Positions 9,531 through 19,907 of a stretch of DNA of 64,000 nt are shown here, piece after piece (the stretch's first letter is position 1; each line of letters opens with the position of its first letter). Both the position numbers and the translations under genes were made by a program. The notes below the pieces were generated by a model that saw nothing but the letters and a program-made list of their open reading frames with translations, did no database searches and was not told where the DNA came from. The DNA comes from an uncultured Fibrobacterota bacterium (lineage in GTDB: Bacteria > Fibrobacterota > Chitinivibrionia > Chitinivibrionales > CAYFVL01): NCBI GenBank assembly GCA_964586285.1, contig CAZPHU010000005.1:3813-67812 (forward strand), read 5' to 3'.

Positions 9531-10913
9531 CTATTTATAAACCGAGATTATATTATACGTTTTCATTTTCTGGTACAAAGTTTTTGGATTGATCTGTAAA
9601 AGCTTTGCGGCTCTGCCCTTATGTCCCTCAACATATTTCAAGACGTTTATTATATGCTTACGCTCCATCTCTTTAATTGACAGACATGTAGTATCAAAAA
9701 CGGGCTCTTCATCGAATGCATCAGTCGATATGTCAATTATGTCCCCTGAGTAAGAGCCGGACAAAAACGAAAGTTCGGAAGCTGTAATCAAAGGAGAAGA
9801 GCTTAGAATACAAGTTCTTTCGACCACATTCTTCAGCTCACGTACATTACCGGGCCAATCGTAGCGCATGAAAACATCAAGCGCCCGTTTATCAAACTTC
9901 CGCTGAAACGATTGACTGGCAAGTATAGTCTCCACAAGGTCGGGAATGTCGTCTTTATGCTCTCTAAGCGGAGGTACTCTAACCGACAAAACATTCAAAC
10001 GGTAGTACAGATCGGCTCGAAATTCCCTTTCCGCAACCAGCTTTTCCAAAGGTTTATTGGTGGCGCATATTATTCTTACATTCAGACTTATATCCTTAGT
10101 TCCACCCACCCGACGAATGTCTCCCGTTTCCAGGAAACGCAGCAGCTTCGCCTGAAAATGCATCGGTATTTCTCCCACTTCGTCAAGAAACAGCGTTCCC
10201 CCGTCGGCAATTTCCGCCAAGCCTCGCTTCTGCACCTTGGCATCGGTAAACGCACCTTTTTCGTAACCGAACAGTTCACTTTCGAGCAGCGATTCGGAAA
10301 ACGACGCGCAGTTAACAACCACAAAAGGCTTGTCTTTATTCAGGCTTTCCTCATGGATAGAACGTGCAACCAGTTCTTTACCTGTTCCGCTTTCACCCAA
10401 AATCAGTACCGTAGATTGTGTAGGGGCCACTCTCATGATGAAATTTTTCAACTCCCTCATCGGGCGGCTCTCGCCAATCAATTTGCCGCCGTAACGGCTC
10501 CTCTGGACTTCCTCGCGAAGCATCTGCATATCTATTTGTGAACGCTGATACTCGATGGCGCGCTCTATCTGGATAAGCAATTCATTGAGCGAATAGGGCT
10601 TGCGCACATACTCAAATGCGCCCAGTTTCATGCATTCAATCGCACCTTCTATAGTCGCGTTTCCCGTCAGGACAATAGCCTCGGTGGTTATGCCTTCTTC
10701 CTTCATGGTTCGAAGAACGGATATACCGTCCTGTTTAGGCATGACGATGTCCAGAAGAATAACATTGTAGTACTCTTCTCTGAGTCGAGCCAGAGCAGCC
10801 TGACCATCCTCGGCTACATCCACGGCATATCCGGCTCTGGTCAACTCCTTGCTCAGAAGCAAACGCAACGAGGCTTCATCGTCTGCAACCAAAATTTTGC
10901 CCTTTTTGGCCAC
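9531..10913 (-). CDS. Sigma54-dependent response regulator (REC + AAA+ + Fis-type HTH, NtrC family)
   Basis: 'KILVADDE', 'LLDIVMP', Walker A 'GESGTGKE', 'ESELFGYEKGAFTDA', and a C-terminal HTH 'GHKGRAAKLLQINPKTLYQKMK'. I prefer the GTG at 10913, which is preceded by GGAGG. The track's longer ORF (to 10970) would overlap the upstream kinase. Confidence 0.9.
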   Translation of the reverse strand: MAKKGKILVADDEASLRLLLSKELTRAGYAVDVAEDGQAALARLREEYYNVILLDIVMPKQDGISVLRTMKEEGITTEAIVLTGNATIEGAIECMKLGAFEYVRKPYSLNELLIQIERAIEYQRSQIDMQMLREEVQRSRYGGKLIGESRPMRELKNFIMRVAPTQSTVLILGESGTGKELVARSIHEESLNKDKPFVVVNCASFSESLLESELFGYEKGAFTDAKVQKRGLAEIADGGTLFLDEVGEIPMHFQAKLLRFLETGDIRRVGGTKDISLNVRIICATNKPLEKLVAEREFRADLYYRLNVLSVRVPPLREHKDDIPDLVETILASQSFQRKFDKRALDVFMRYDWPGNVRELKNVVERTCILSSSPLITASELSFLSGSYSGDIIDISTDAFDEEPVFDTTCLSIKEMERKHIINVLKYVEGHKGRAAKLLQINPKTLYQKMKTYNIISVYK

Positions 10914-10927
10914 ACTACCTCCACTAG

Positions 10928-12442
10928 TTACTGTTTCCGAGGAATGTCCAACATCACCAGTGTACCACAACCTGGCTCACTGAATATATCGATATCCCCT
11001 TCACACTCTTCCATAATTTTATGACAGATACTCAGCCCAAGTCCTGTTCCTTTTCCCACCTCTTTTGTGGTAAAGAAAGGATCAAACACTCTGGGGAGAA
11101 CATCCGCTGAGATACCAGGACCGCTATCTTTAATTCTTATACGAATAAACCGGTCATTTTGTTCTTTATCCTCCTCAATAACGACACGACTTCCCTTGGT
11201 ACAGAAGTCTATGCAATTGGACAGGATATTGATCAGAACCTGTGTGATCTTCTGGGCATCTGCCCTGGCTTCAAGGCCACCGTCAATTCGATTGTCTATC
11301 CTAATGCCGCTTTTTTGAGCCTTTGAGCTTATAAGCGTTAAAGCGGAATGAACACAATCTTTTAATTTGATGTCGTCAACCTGAGGTTCGCTCTCTCTGG
11401 AAAACTTCGCCAGGTTTTCGACAATATCCCTGCATCGCAGTGTCTCTGAGTTGATAATTTCAAGATACTGCCGAAGCTCTTTCTTATCAACCGTTCCATC
11501 ACTGTTCAAACGATGAAGCAGGGCATCCGCAAAGCCCAAAATAGCAGCCAACGGGTTATTAAGCTCGTGCGCGACCCCCGAGGACAATGTACCTATTGAG
11601 GCCAATCGGGCCGAGCGATATAGTTGACGCCTTGCGACTTTTTGTTCCTTTTCCAACCGAATCCGTCTGGTCTCATCCCCCAATGCAATTACCGTTGATA
11701 ATCCGCTTTCATGCTCCCCAAGATCCAAAGCCCTCATTGAAACAATTATGTTCTGTCGCTGGTTGTCTTTGAAAACTGTTTCGAAAACGGGTGCAAGACT
11801 TAAAAGGTTATTTCCATTCAGACTGTCAAGATACGACAAAACCTGCGGGCGATGATTATCGACAAAAAAACTTTCGAATGGTCTTCCTATTATTTCTTCT
11901 CTTAAAAGTCCGCTGCTTTGATAAAAAGCCTTATTACAGTCACTAATATTTCGATTCCTATCCAGAGATACACACATTTCAGGCACATGTTCGTATAAGC
12001 ATTGATAGCGACTTCTTGAAAGAAACAACTCGCGCTGCAGTTGGCGTATCCGCAGCATGCTTCTGATACGGGCCAGAAGCTCATCGTATGAAAAAGGCTT
12101 GGTTACATAGTCGTCGGCGTAAGCAAGACCGGCGATTTTGTCATCCTCGGTGCGCAGTGCCGATATCATTATAATCGGAATGAAACGATCTTCACAGAGT
12201 TGCTCTTTGATAGTTCGCGCCACGGTAAGCCCATCCATACCAGGCATCATAATATCCAGAAGAACCAGATCGACATCATGCTCTCGAATGTAGGCCAGGG
12301 CCTCTTCACCCTTACTAGCGGTGATGGCGCGGTAACCTTCCTCCGCAAGAAGCGTCTCCACCATAAATGATATATCGACCTCATCGTCGACAATCAGTAT
12401 CCTTGGTGATAATTCCGGTTTATTACTAGCTAAACTGTTCAT
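10928..12442 (-). CDS. Hybrid sensor kinase with N-terminal receiver (REC-PAS-HisKA-HATPase)
   Basis: 504 aa. 'RILIVDDE...LLDIMMPGMDG...KPF' (REC), H-box 'SSGVAHELNNPLAAILGF', and an ATPase region 'DSGPGI...GTGLGLSICHKIME'. Confidence 0.9.
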   Translation of the reverse strand: MNSLASNKPELSPRILIVDDEVDISFMVETLLAEEGYRAITASKGEEALAYIREHDVDLVLLDIMMPGMDGLTVARTIKEQLCEDRFIPIIMISALRTEDDKIAGLAYADDYVTKPFSYDELLARIRSMLRIRQLQRELFLSRSRYQCLYEHVPEMCVSLDRNRNISDCNKAFYQSSGLLREEIIGRPFESFFVDNHRPQVLSYLDSLNGNNLLSLAPVFETVFKDNQRQNIIVSMRALDLGEHESGLSTVIALGDETRRIRLEKEQKVARRQLYRSARLASIGTLSSGVAHELNNPLAAILGFADALLHRLNSDGTVDKKELRQYLEIINSETLRCRDIVENLAKFSRESEPQVDDIKLKDCVHSALTLISSKAQKSGIRIDNRIDGGLEARADAQKITQVLINILSNCIDFCTKGSRVVIEEDKEQNDRFIRIRIKDSGPGISADVLPRVFDPFFTTKEVGKGTGLGLSICHKIMEECEGDIDIFSEPGCGTLVMLDIPRKQ

Positions 12443-13031
12443 GCATCTTCCGAGACAAAGCTGAAAGGGCTTTTCCCCGATGACTAATCGCGTGCTTTTG
12501 ATTTGGGCTTAATTGAGCAAAGCTTTTATCGTAACCCTCAGGAATAAACAGCGGATCATAGCCAAAACCTTCATAGCCCTGCATTCCGAATCCTATTTTC
12601 CCCTCACATGTACCCTCAGACACATACTCTTTGCCATTTGGTCCCAAAAGAACCATTACACATCTGAATCGGGCCGCTCGTCGGTTTTCCGGCACACTTT
12701 GAAGCTTTTGTAGCAACAAGTCACAATTCTGTAGGTCGGTTGCTCTCTCGCCGGCAAATCTAGCACTCCTGACCCCCGGTGCACCGTCTAGTGCATCGAC
12801 TTCAAGGCCTGAATCATCGCCCAAGGTCCAAATACCTTTCCTCTGAAAAACCCACCTGGCCTTGATGCGAGCGTTTTCCTCGAAGGTATGAGCCGTTTCG
12901 GGTATATCGGGTATCGGAGACCAGTGATCCGCAAGTGAGCTGAAAATCAACGGTAAATCGGCACATATCTGCCGAATCTCCTTGAGTTTGCCCCGATTAC
13001 CTGTAGCTACTATGATTTCTGTCGAAGTCAT
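12426..13031 (-). CDS. rdgB: Non-canonical purine NTP pyrophosphatase (RdgB/HAM1)
   Basis: 201 aa. 'IVATGNRGKLKEIRQI', 'GDDSGLEVDALDGAPGVRSARF', 'GYDPLF', 'ISHRGKAL'. Confidence 0.9.
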   Translation of the reverse strand: MTSTEIIVATGNRGKLKEIRQICADLPLIFSSLADHWSPIPDIPETAHTFEENARIKARWVFQRKGIWTLGDDSGLEVDALDGAPGVRSARFAGERATDLQNCDLLLQKLQSVPENRRAARFRCVMVLLGPNGKEYVSEGTCEGKIGFGMQGYEGFGYDPLFIPEGYDKSFAQLSPNQKHAISHRGKALSALSRKMHEQFS

Positions 13032-13317
13032 AATCTTTAGTTCCGGTTAAAAAATTAAAAATTGAATCCGGTCGGCAGCAAATCCATTCCCAATCCGGGG
13101 ACTATTCTCTATCTATTATTGACGTTACCCGATAGATAGACACTGCTGACCGTCAGATAACCCTAATCTGACAGTTACCAACCCCGGCTTTCAGTTTTCC
13201 CCAGAGAGGAATATCATCTGTAAAGGGCCGAGCTTATCTAATTCGGTTCATTTGTTACGAAAGATGCGGGTTCAAAATCCACACGGATCGGAACATATGC
13301 CCCATACCTAAGTATAA

Positions 13318-15873
13318 TTAAACAGCAACTATATTGACCAGTTTTCCCGGAACAACAATGATTTTGCGCACGGTCTTGCCTTCCAGATGCGGCTGTACTT
13401 TCGGTAATTTCAGCGCCTGATGTTCCAAATCCTCTTTCTGAGAATCACGCTCCGCCTCGAACTGTCCTCGCAGTTTACCGTTGATCTGCACAACAATATT
13501 CACCGTATCTTCCACAACAAGCTCGGGGTCATACTGCGGCCATGATGCATGACAGATCAGTGATTTTTCACCCAGAAGATTCCAAAGCTCCTCGGCTATA
13601 TGTGGAGCAAAAGGAGCAATAGTCCTAAGGAAAATCTTCACAGTCTCGATCGGCAGACGCTCAACCTGAGTTGCCGCGTTGACGAACACCATAACCTGTG
13701 CGATGGCAGTATTCATCTTATCTATTGCTTCGGTATTTTCAGTTACAATCTTTATTGTCTTATGCAATCGCCGCCACAAGTCCGACTCTTCGCTTCCCGC
13801 ACAAACGGTCAGCTTTTCGTTGAGTTCTCCTGTGCGCTCATCTACAACCAGACGCCAGATTCGCTGAAGAAGACGATATACTCCTTCAACCCCCTTCATC
13901 TGCCAGGGTGCACTTGCACTTAACGGCCCCATAAAAAGCTCGTACAACCTCATGGCATCCGCCCCATACTCACTAATGACATCTTCGGGGTTTACCACAT
14001 TGTAGCGAGATTTGGACATTTTTTCTATCTGAGTTTTCACCGCCACGCCGCTGTTTTTCACAAACCATGAACCGTTTTTCTCTTCAACCTCATGTGGATA
14101 ATAGTATTTACCATTATCATCCTGGTATGAATAAGCCAGAATCATCCCCTGATTGAACAGCTTCTGGAATGGCTCTTTGGTGGATACAAGTCCGCAATCG
14201 TAGAGAACCTTGTGCCAAAAACGCGCATACAAAAGATGCAATACCGCGTGCTCCGCCCCGCCTACATACAAGTCAACCGGCATCCAGTATTCTTCGACCT
14301 CTTTTGACCATGGTTGTTCCCGGTTGTCAGGATCGAGAAAGCGCAGATAGTACCAGCAGGAACCGGCCCACTGCGGCATGGTATTGGTTTCGCGCATGCC
14401 GAGTCTACCGTCCGGAAGTGTAATCATGAGCCAATCATCTCCCGCGCGGGCAAGCGGAGGTCGCCCGTCAGGTGTCGGAGAATACTCATCTATTTCGGGT
14501 AGCTCCACCGGTAAATCACTCTCCGGCAAGGTAATGACCGTTCCATCTTCCATATGAATTATCGGAAAAGGCTCACCCCAGTACCTCTGACGAGAAAACA
14601 GCCAGTCCCTGAGTCTGTATTGCACCTTTTTAGTTCCGTGCTTGCGCTCTTCCAGCCAGAAAATAATTTTCTTCTTTGCATCATGTACCGAAAAGCCGTT
14701 TAGAAAATCGCTGTTGACAAGCTTTCCCTCACCCGTATACGCAGCCTCCTGAACCGAAACCTCTCCTCCTGAAATAACCTCGATTATGGGAAGATCAAAC
14801 TTGGAGGCAAACTCATGATCTCTCTCATCGTGTGCGGGAACAGCCATAATAGCTCCCGTCCCGTATGATAGAAGTACATAATCGGCAATCCATACAGGCA
14901 GAGCCTTCCCGTTGACAGGATTTACGGCATACGCTCCGGTGAAAACACCTGTCTTCTCTTTGGCCAGATCGGTACGATCAAGATCGGATTTGTTTCGGGC
15001 GGCATCTATATATGCATCGACATCTTCACGACATGATTCCTCGGTTATTTTTGAAACCAGCGGATGTTCCGGCGCAAGCACACAATAGGTCGCCCCGAAA
15101 AGCGTGTCGGGCCTGGTGGTAAAGACCGTAAAGGATTCTTGAATGTTTTTTACCGGAAAAACTACCTCAGCCCCCTCACTCTTGCCGATCCAGTTTCGCT
15201 GCATGTCCTTGATGCTTTCCGTCCAATCAAGCTCTTCCAGGTCTTCCAGAAGACGTTCCGCATACGCGGTAATCCGAAGCATCCATTGCCGCATCAGTCG
15301 ACGTTCTACAACATCTCCGGTTTCCACATATTTTCCGTCTTTAACCTCTTCATTGGCCAGAACTGTTCCCAAAGCCGGACACCAGTTTACCGGTACGTCC
15401 GCCATGTATGCCAAACCTTTTTCGTAAAGCTTGAGAAAGATCCACTGAGTCCAGCGATAATATTCAGGAGAGGATGTATTGATCTCACGCTCCCAATCAT
15501 AGGAGAATCCAAGCCGATTGATCTGCGCTCGGAAATTGTCTATATTCCTTTTTGTAATGACAGAGGGGTGAAGATTTTCGCGCACGGCCGCACGTTCGGC
15601 GGGTAGTCCCAGAGCATCCCACCCCATGGGATGAAGCACGTTATAACCCTGCATTCGCCTTAGACGAGCGATTACGTCGGTTGCCGTATACCCTTCGGCA
15701 TGCCCCACATGTAAACCTGCTCCTGATGGATAAGGAAACATGTCGAGTACGTAATATTTAGGTTTGTTTTTTAACTCCCGCATATCCGTCGGAGTACGGA
15801 ATGCTTGTTTTTCTTCCCAGATTTTTTGCCATTTCGGCTCAATTTCCGAATGATTATACAGATTACTGCTCAT
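13318..15873 (-). CDS. leuS: Leucyl-tRNA synthetase
   Basis: '[16 protein letters not shown]' (HIGH), 'KMSKSRYN' (KMSKS), '[12 protein letters not shown]'. Start chosen at ATG 15873 (MSSNLYN...) after a GGGGGAGA SD. The track ORF extends to 15906. Confidence 0.97.
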   Translation of the reverse strand: MSSNLYNHSEIEPKWQKIWEEKQAFRTPTDMRELKNKPKYYVLDMFPYPSGAGLHVGHAEGYTATDVIARLRRMQGYNVLHPMGWDALGLPAERAAVRENLHPSVITKRNIDNFRAQINRLGFSYDWEREINTSSPEYYRWTQWIFLKLYEKGLAYMADVPVNWCPALGTVLANEEVKDGKYVETGDVVERRLMRQWMLRITAYAERLLEDLEELDWTESIKDMQRNWIGKSEGAEVVFPVKNIQESFTVFTTRPDTLFGATYCVLAPEHPLVSKITEESCREDVDAYIDAARNKSDLDRTDLAKEKTGVFTGAYAVNPVNGKALPVWIADYVLLSYGTGAIMAVPAHDERDHEFASKFDLPIIEVISGGEVSVQEAAYTGEGKLVNSDFLNGFSVHDAKKKIIFWLEERKHGTKKVQYRLRDWLFSRQRYWGEPFPIIHMEDGTVITLPESDLPVELPEIDEYSPTPDGRPPLARAGDDWLMITLPDGRLGMRETNTMPQWAGSCWYYLRFLDPDNREQPWSKEVEEYWMPVDLYVGGAEHAVLHLLYARFWHKVLYDCGLVSTKEPFQKLFNQGMILAYSYQDDNGKYYYPHEVEEKNGSWFVKNSGVAVKTQIEKMSKSRYNVVNPEDVISEYGADAMRLYELFMGPLSASAPWQMKGVEGVYRLLQRIWRLVVDERTGELNEKLTVCAGSEESDLWRRLHKTIKIVTENTEAIDKMNTAIAQVMVFVNAATQVERLPIETVKIFLRTIAPFAPHIAEELWNLLGEKSLICHASWPQYDPELVVEDTVNIVVQINGKLRGQFEAERDSQKEDLEHQALKLPKVQPHLEGKTVRKIIVVPGKLVNIVAV

Positions 15874-15959
15874 AGATTCTCCCCCACGATCAACCCATTC
15901 TCTCATCGAGTCATTATGTCAAGTTTTCCTATTCGTTCTCTTATCAACCGGATAGGTTT

Positions 15960-16907
15960 TCAGGCTTCGTTCTTTTCAATGATAGATTGAAAATACTCTA
16001 TGGTTTTCGACAATCCGTGTTTAAGTTGAATGGACGGAGACCAGCCGAGAACTTTTTGCGCAAGCGTAATGTCGGGCCTGCGCTTCTTGGGATCGTCGCT
16101 TGGCAGAGGATTGAAAACTATTTTTGAACCGCTGCTCACCTGCTGAACAATCTGTTGAGCGATTTGTTTGATCGTGTATTCTTCCGGATTACCTACGTTT
16201 ATTGGTCCCTGTACCCCCTCGGCATTCATCAACCGAACCATGCCTTCCAGCAAATCACTGACATAGCAAAACGAACGAGTCTGAGAACCGTCACCATAGA
16301 CGGTGATATCCTCTCCTTTAAGTGCCTGAACGATAAAGTTGGAGATTACTCGACCGTCATTGGGGTGCATTCGCGGACCGTATGTATTGAATATTCTGAT
16401 TATTCTAATATCGACATCATTCATGCGATGATAATCGAAAAAAAGTGTCTCCGCTACCCGCTTCCCTTCGTCATAACAGGAACGCAAACCTATCGGGTTT
16501 ACATTTCCCCAGTAATCTTCGGTTTGCGGATGAATGCTTGGGTCTCCGTATACTTCGGAAGTTGATGCCTGAAGCACTCGGGCTTTTACTCTTTTTGCTA
16601 GCCCCAGCACGTTAATCGCACCCATAACGCTTGTTTTGATTGTCTTAACGGCATTATACTGATAGTGAATCGGGGATGCGGGACACGCGAGATTATATAT
16701 CTGATCCACTTCAAGAAAAATGGGGATTGTAATATCATGCCTTATCAGCTCAAAAGTATAGTAATCACGCAAATGGGCAACATTCCTCTTGCGACCGGTA
16801 AAAAAATTATCCAGGCATATTACCTCGTGCCCCTCTTTAAGTAGCCTTTCACATAGATGAGAGCCAAGAAAGCCGGCTCCTCCCGTCACCAGGATACGTT
16901 TTCCCAT
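15960..16907 (-). CDS. UDP-glucuronate decarboxylase (UDP-xylose synthase-like SDR)
   Basis: 315 aa. '[18 protein letters not shown]', '[14 protein letters not shown]', '[10 protein letters not shown]' (YxxxK). Confidence 0.85.
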   Translation of the reverse strand: MGKRILVTGGAGFLGSHLCERLLKEGHEVICLDNFFTGRKRNVAHLRDYYTFELIRHDITIPIFLEVDQIYNLACPASPIHYQYNAVKTIKTSVMGAINVLGLAKRVKARVLQASTSEVYGDPSIHPQTEDYWGNVNPIGLRSCYDEGKRVAETLFFDYHRMNDVDIRIIRIFNTYGPRMHPNDGRVISNFIVQALKGEDITVYGDGSQTRSFCYVSDLLEGMVRLMNAEGVQGPINVGNPEEYTIKQIAQQIVQQVSSGSKIVFNPLPSDDPKKRRPDITLAQKVLGWSPSIQLKHGLSKTIEYFQSIIEKNEA

Positions 16908-16942
16908 TACTCAATACTCCTTTTATAAATCGATTTCATATT

Positions 16943-17872
16943 CTAAACTGCTTCTATTCGAACCTGTTCCATCAAATGCCAAACTTCATCCCTCTCGATC
17001 ACCCCCGGTCCATGGTGAAGCGCATTGCCTGCACCACACGCTACAGCCATCCTACAGGTCTCGGCGAAAGAAAATTCTCTGCTTTGCGCCACCAGCAGAC
17101 CGGCCACCATAGCATCACCGCATCCTACCGTATCCACAGGCTCAATCAGAGGACCAGAGCATAGAAGACAATCGTTTTTGTGAATCGCGATCATGCCGTC
17201 GGCTCCCAGGGATATGAACACATACTCTATCCCCACATCCAGCAAACGCTTGCCTTTCAGGGCAATATGGTGAACTCCCTGAATCTGTTCTCCGAAGAAT
17301 TCCTCAAGTTCAGTGAGATTGGGCTTAACCATGGTGGGAAAAGCTCTAATTCCCAAACTCAAAGCCTCTCCCCGGCTGTCCAGAAGACAGGTGATGTCTT
17401 TATCCCGGGCGGATCTTATCAGTTGAGCGTACGTATCGGAACCAAAGCCGCGCGGAAGACTGCCGGTAAAAGCCCAATAGTCACCCCGTTTGAGACGTTG
17501 ACGGATAAATAGAATGAACTCATCCTGCACCCGGGGCGGATAAGTGGTACCCACACAGTTGATATGAGTGACCTGTCCGATCTGTTTTTCTGAAATGGTC
17601 GAGTTTATTCGTGCATTTCCCGGTACCAGATAAAATTCATGGCCTATTTCCAGCGTATCCATGTAGGTGCTGAAACGGACCTGATCATTTTCGGGGATAA
17701 GGGCCACCACACGCACATCTTCTCCCAGAGCCTTCACCGTTTTGGCTACATTTATTCCCTTACCGGCGGGATATATCGAAGAAGGAACATCAACCAAGGT
17801 CGTCCCGGGCATCAGTTCGTCCAACATGTACAACACATCAACAGCGGGATTGCACATCGCGCACTGAATCAA
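16943..17872 (-). CDS. PfkB-family sugar kinase (1-phosphofructokinase/tagatose-6-P kinase-like)
   Basis: 309 aa. 'NPAVDVLY', 'GKGINVA', and a C-terminal 'DTVGCGDAMVAGLL'. TTG start. Confidence 0.8.
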   Translation of the reverse strand: MIQCAMCNPAVDVLYMLDELMPGTTLVDVPSSIYPAGKGINVAKTVKALGEDVRVVALIPENDQVRFSTYMDTLEIGHEFYLVPGNARINSTISEKQIGQVTHINCVGTTYPPRVQDEFILFIRQRLKRGDYWAFTGSLPRGFGSDTYAQLIRSARDKDITCLLDSRGEALSLGIRAFPTMVKPNLTELEEFFGEQIQGVHHIALKGKRLLDVGIEYVFISLGADGMIAIHKNDCLLCSGPLIEPVDTVGCGDAMVAGLLVAQSREFSFAETCRMAVACGAGNALHHGPGVIERDEVWHLMEQVRIEAV

Positions 17873-18039
17873 AAAACCCCTTCTCCCTGCAAGAGTGTAT
17901 AAAGCATTTTCATAGCTTTCATCATCATGAAAGTAAGCATCATGGCAACAATAAGAATTATTGTTCGAACGATTTTGTTAATTTTTTGAAAATTTTTCAT
18001 AGCTAACGAGTGGTATAAAATACAATCGGCAAGTGGCTG

Positions 18040-18079
18040 CGGGAAAAAATGAGAAAAGGGGCCTTCTGAAAAAGCCCCT
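18040..18079 (-). terminator. Rho-independent terminator candidate after the anti-sigma gene
   Basis: Stem AGGGGC (18057-18062) pairs with GCCCCT (18074-18079). On the minus strand it is followed by TTTTCTCATTTTTT. Confidence 0.5.
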
Positions 18080-18179
18080 CAGTACATAAATTGGGAGTAG
18101 GAGTGTTGGCGTTTGGAAAGGATGTTCTCATTTTCAAACACCAAAAAGGACCCCGGTATTAAGGCCCCTTCGAAATTAA

Positions 18180-18743
18180 TCATTCTTCTTTTAAATCAAC
18201 CGGCACAACCCCTTCGCTTTTTAGATTACCGCGTTTAAGCGGTTGAACAGACTCCTCTGTTTTCTCATCGGAAGTCGCTGAGTCGGACTCGTCTGCACCG
18301 GCGGTCCTGGTTGATTGGTTCGCGCTTTTGCGAGCGGTCTGAGTTTTGGAAGCCGGCGAGGATTTCTGATCGGCCATTCGGATGGCTCCGGCATCTTGTC
18401 CTTGTAAATTGATAGTAAAATACACTCCACCACCAAAACCGACAGCGAGAAACAAAATAGAAAAAAGTGTCTTTTTAAATAGTAAGGAAACAGGATTGAG
18501 AACAGTTGCAGGGCGAGGCAGTTTACTACAGGCGTCTTTTATCCGTGCGTCGAGTTCCCTCGAAGTACTTTCTCCAAGGATGTCGACTGTGAATCGGTTG
18601 CTTTTTTCAGCGCTATACGTATCCAATTCGTCTTTACATGCTTTACAGCTTGACAGGTGCTCTTGAAGAGCTCTTTGTCTGTCGTCCGGAAGTTCTCCCG
18701 AAGTAAAGAGAATGCCTTCTTCTACCCAGCTATTGCACTCCAT
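18180..18743 (-). CDS. Anti-sigma factor (zf-HC2-type, single TM)
   Basis: 'HLSSCKACKDEL' (Hx3Cx2C) and TM 'LFSILFLAVGFGGGVYF'. It overlaps the 3' end of the ECF sigma gene. ATG at 18743 preferred over the track start at 18761. Confidence 0.6.
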   Translation of the reverse strand: MECNSWVEEGILFTSGELPDDRQRALQEHLSSCKACKDELDTYSAEKSNRFTVDILGESTSRELDARIKDACSKLPRPATVLNPVSLLFKKTLFSILFLAVGFGGGVYFTINLQGQDAGAIRMADQKSSPASKTQTARKSANQSTRTAGADESDSATSDEKTEESVQPLKRGNLKSEGVVPVDLKEE

Positions 18744-19293
18744 GTACTCCCCTTTTCTCAAGTTCCTTTCTAATGTTCCTCAGCGCCAGGCGCATTCGGC
18801 CAAGCGCGGTATTTATAGGACAATTCATAATCTTCGCTATCTCCTTAAACGGTACATCACCAAGTTCCCTCAACAGAAAGACCTCTCTTTGAAGAGGATC
18901 AAGGGTTTCTACCGCTTCGTTTATTAATCCCCGAAGATGCTCGTTTGAGACGTTATCTTCCGGAGATTCGAGTCTGGTTCCAATCGAACGTTCGGCGTCT
19001 TTCTGATGGTCGGTTTCCACTTTTGCGTGTCTGAAGTAGTCTATCGTCCGTTTATGCGCTATACCAAACACCCAACTGAGAAAACTTCGATTCCTATCAA
19101 ATTGATTCGAGTTTCTCAATGCTGCCAAGAACGTCTCCTGCAAGAGATCCTCAGCCAATTCTTTGTTTCCGGTCATGCGGACCAGAAAAGCAAAAACTCT
19201 ATTCTTGTATTTGTCATAGAGTTCTGAGAAACCACCAATATCGCCGTTCATCCAGCGATCGAAATACATTCTGTCTTCTGTTCGATCATCCAT
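18730..19293 (-). CDS. ECF (sigma-24 family) RNA polymerase sigma factor
   Basis: 187 aa. Region 2 'LAEDLLQETFLAALRN...FLSWVFGIAHKRTIDYFR' and region 4 'REVFLLRELGDVPFKEIAKIMNCPINTALGRMRLALRNI'. Confidence 0.85.
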   Translation of the reverse strand: MDDRTEDRMYFDRWMNGDIGGFSELYDKYKNRVFAFLVRMTGNKELAEDLLQETFLAALRNSNQFDRNRSFLSWVFGIAHKRTIDYFRHAKVETDHQKDAERSIGTRLESPEDNVSNEHLRGLINEAVETLDPLQREVFLLRELGDVPFKEIAKIMNCPINTALGRMRLALRNIRKELEKRGVHGVQ

Positions 19294-19442
19294 TTTAAAT
19301 ACGTCTCTGAGGCTAGGTTTATTGTTTTAATTCCAATGTTCCAAATACAAGGCTTCCAGATCCAACCGCACTCTCAGCCCCTACTCCGCTGATCTTTTCA
19401 TCATCTATAAAAGATGTACAATTTTCATGCCAAAAGAAACCG

Positions 19443-19907
19443 CTACAACAACCCAAAATCGCTCAAGGCCTTTGCGTAGACTTGCTTTTTGAATGAAACG
19501 ACCCTTTCAAGAGCCTGCTTTGTACTACACCATTCAAATGAATCAAATTCGGCGGGTTCATGCTCAAAATTAATCACACTTTCGTCAACACAAAGCTCCA
19601 ACAGTACCCACCTTTGACGTTGGCCGCGGTAGTTTTTGGAGCCCTTGCTGATTCCGTGAGGGAAATCGTATGTATACGTACCGGGAGATATTTGTACCAC
19701 ACGAACAGCGTCGGTACCTATCTCCTCACGTAATTCCCGTTTCAATTCGGCTACAAGATCCTTCTTGGGATTAACCCCTCCCTGAGGAAACTGCCAGCCC
19801 TCATCGAGGGGGTAGCCCCTTCTGTGAAAAAGGAGAACGGCCCCATCGCCTGTACGCCGGATTACGGCGCACAGGTTGTGGCGATATCCACCGGTTTTAT
19901 TGAGCAT
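19443..19907 (-). CDS. rppH: Nudix hydrolase, RNA pyrophosphohydrolase-like
   Basis: 154 aa. Nudix box 'GGVNPKKDLVAELKRELREEIG' and 'WQFPQGG'. Confidence 0.8.
   Translation of the reverse strand: MLNKTGGYRHNLCAVIRRTGDGAVLLFHRRGYPLDEGWQFPQGGVNPKKDLVAELKRELREEIGTDAVRVVQISPGTYTYDFPHGISKGSKNYRGQRQRWVLLELCVDESVINFEHEPAEFDSFEWCSTKQALERVVSFKKQVYAKALSDFGLL

Noticed and set aside
9912-10541. 209-aa plus-strand ORF.
   Set aside because: It is antisense to the AAA+ core of the sigma54 activator (Walker A and GAFTDA lie in the minus frame).
13261-13290. tRNA T-loop-like string GGGTTCAAAATCC.
   Set aside because: The flanking bases cannot form a 5-bp T-stem (GCGGG versus TCCAC). I could not build an acceptor or anticodon arm on either strand.
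19294-19442. ECF-type autoregulatory promoter (GGAAC ... CGT) upstream of the ECF sigma gene.
   Set aside because: A GGAAC is present on the minus strand, but the nearest CGT-containing -10 candidate is ~26 nt away instead of 16-17 nt.
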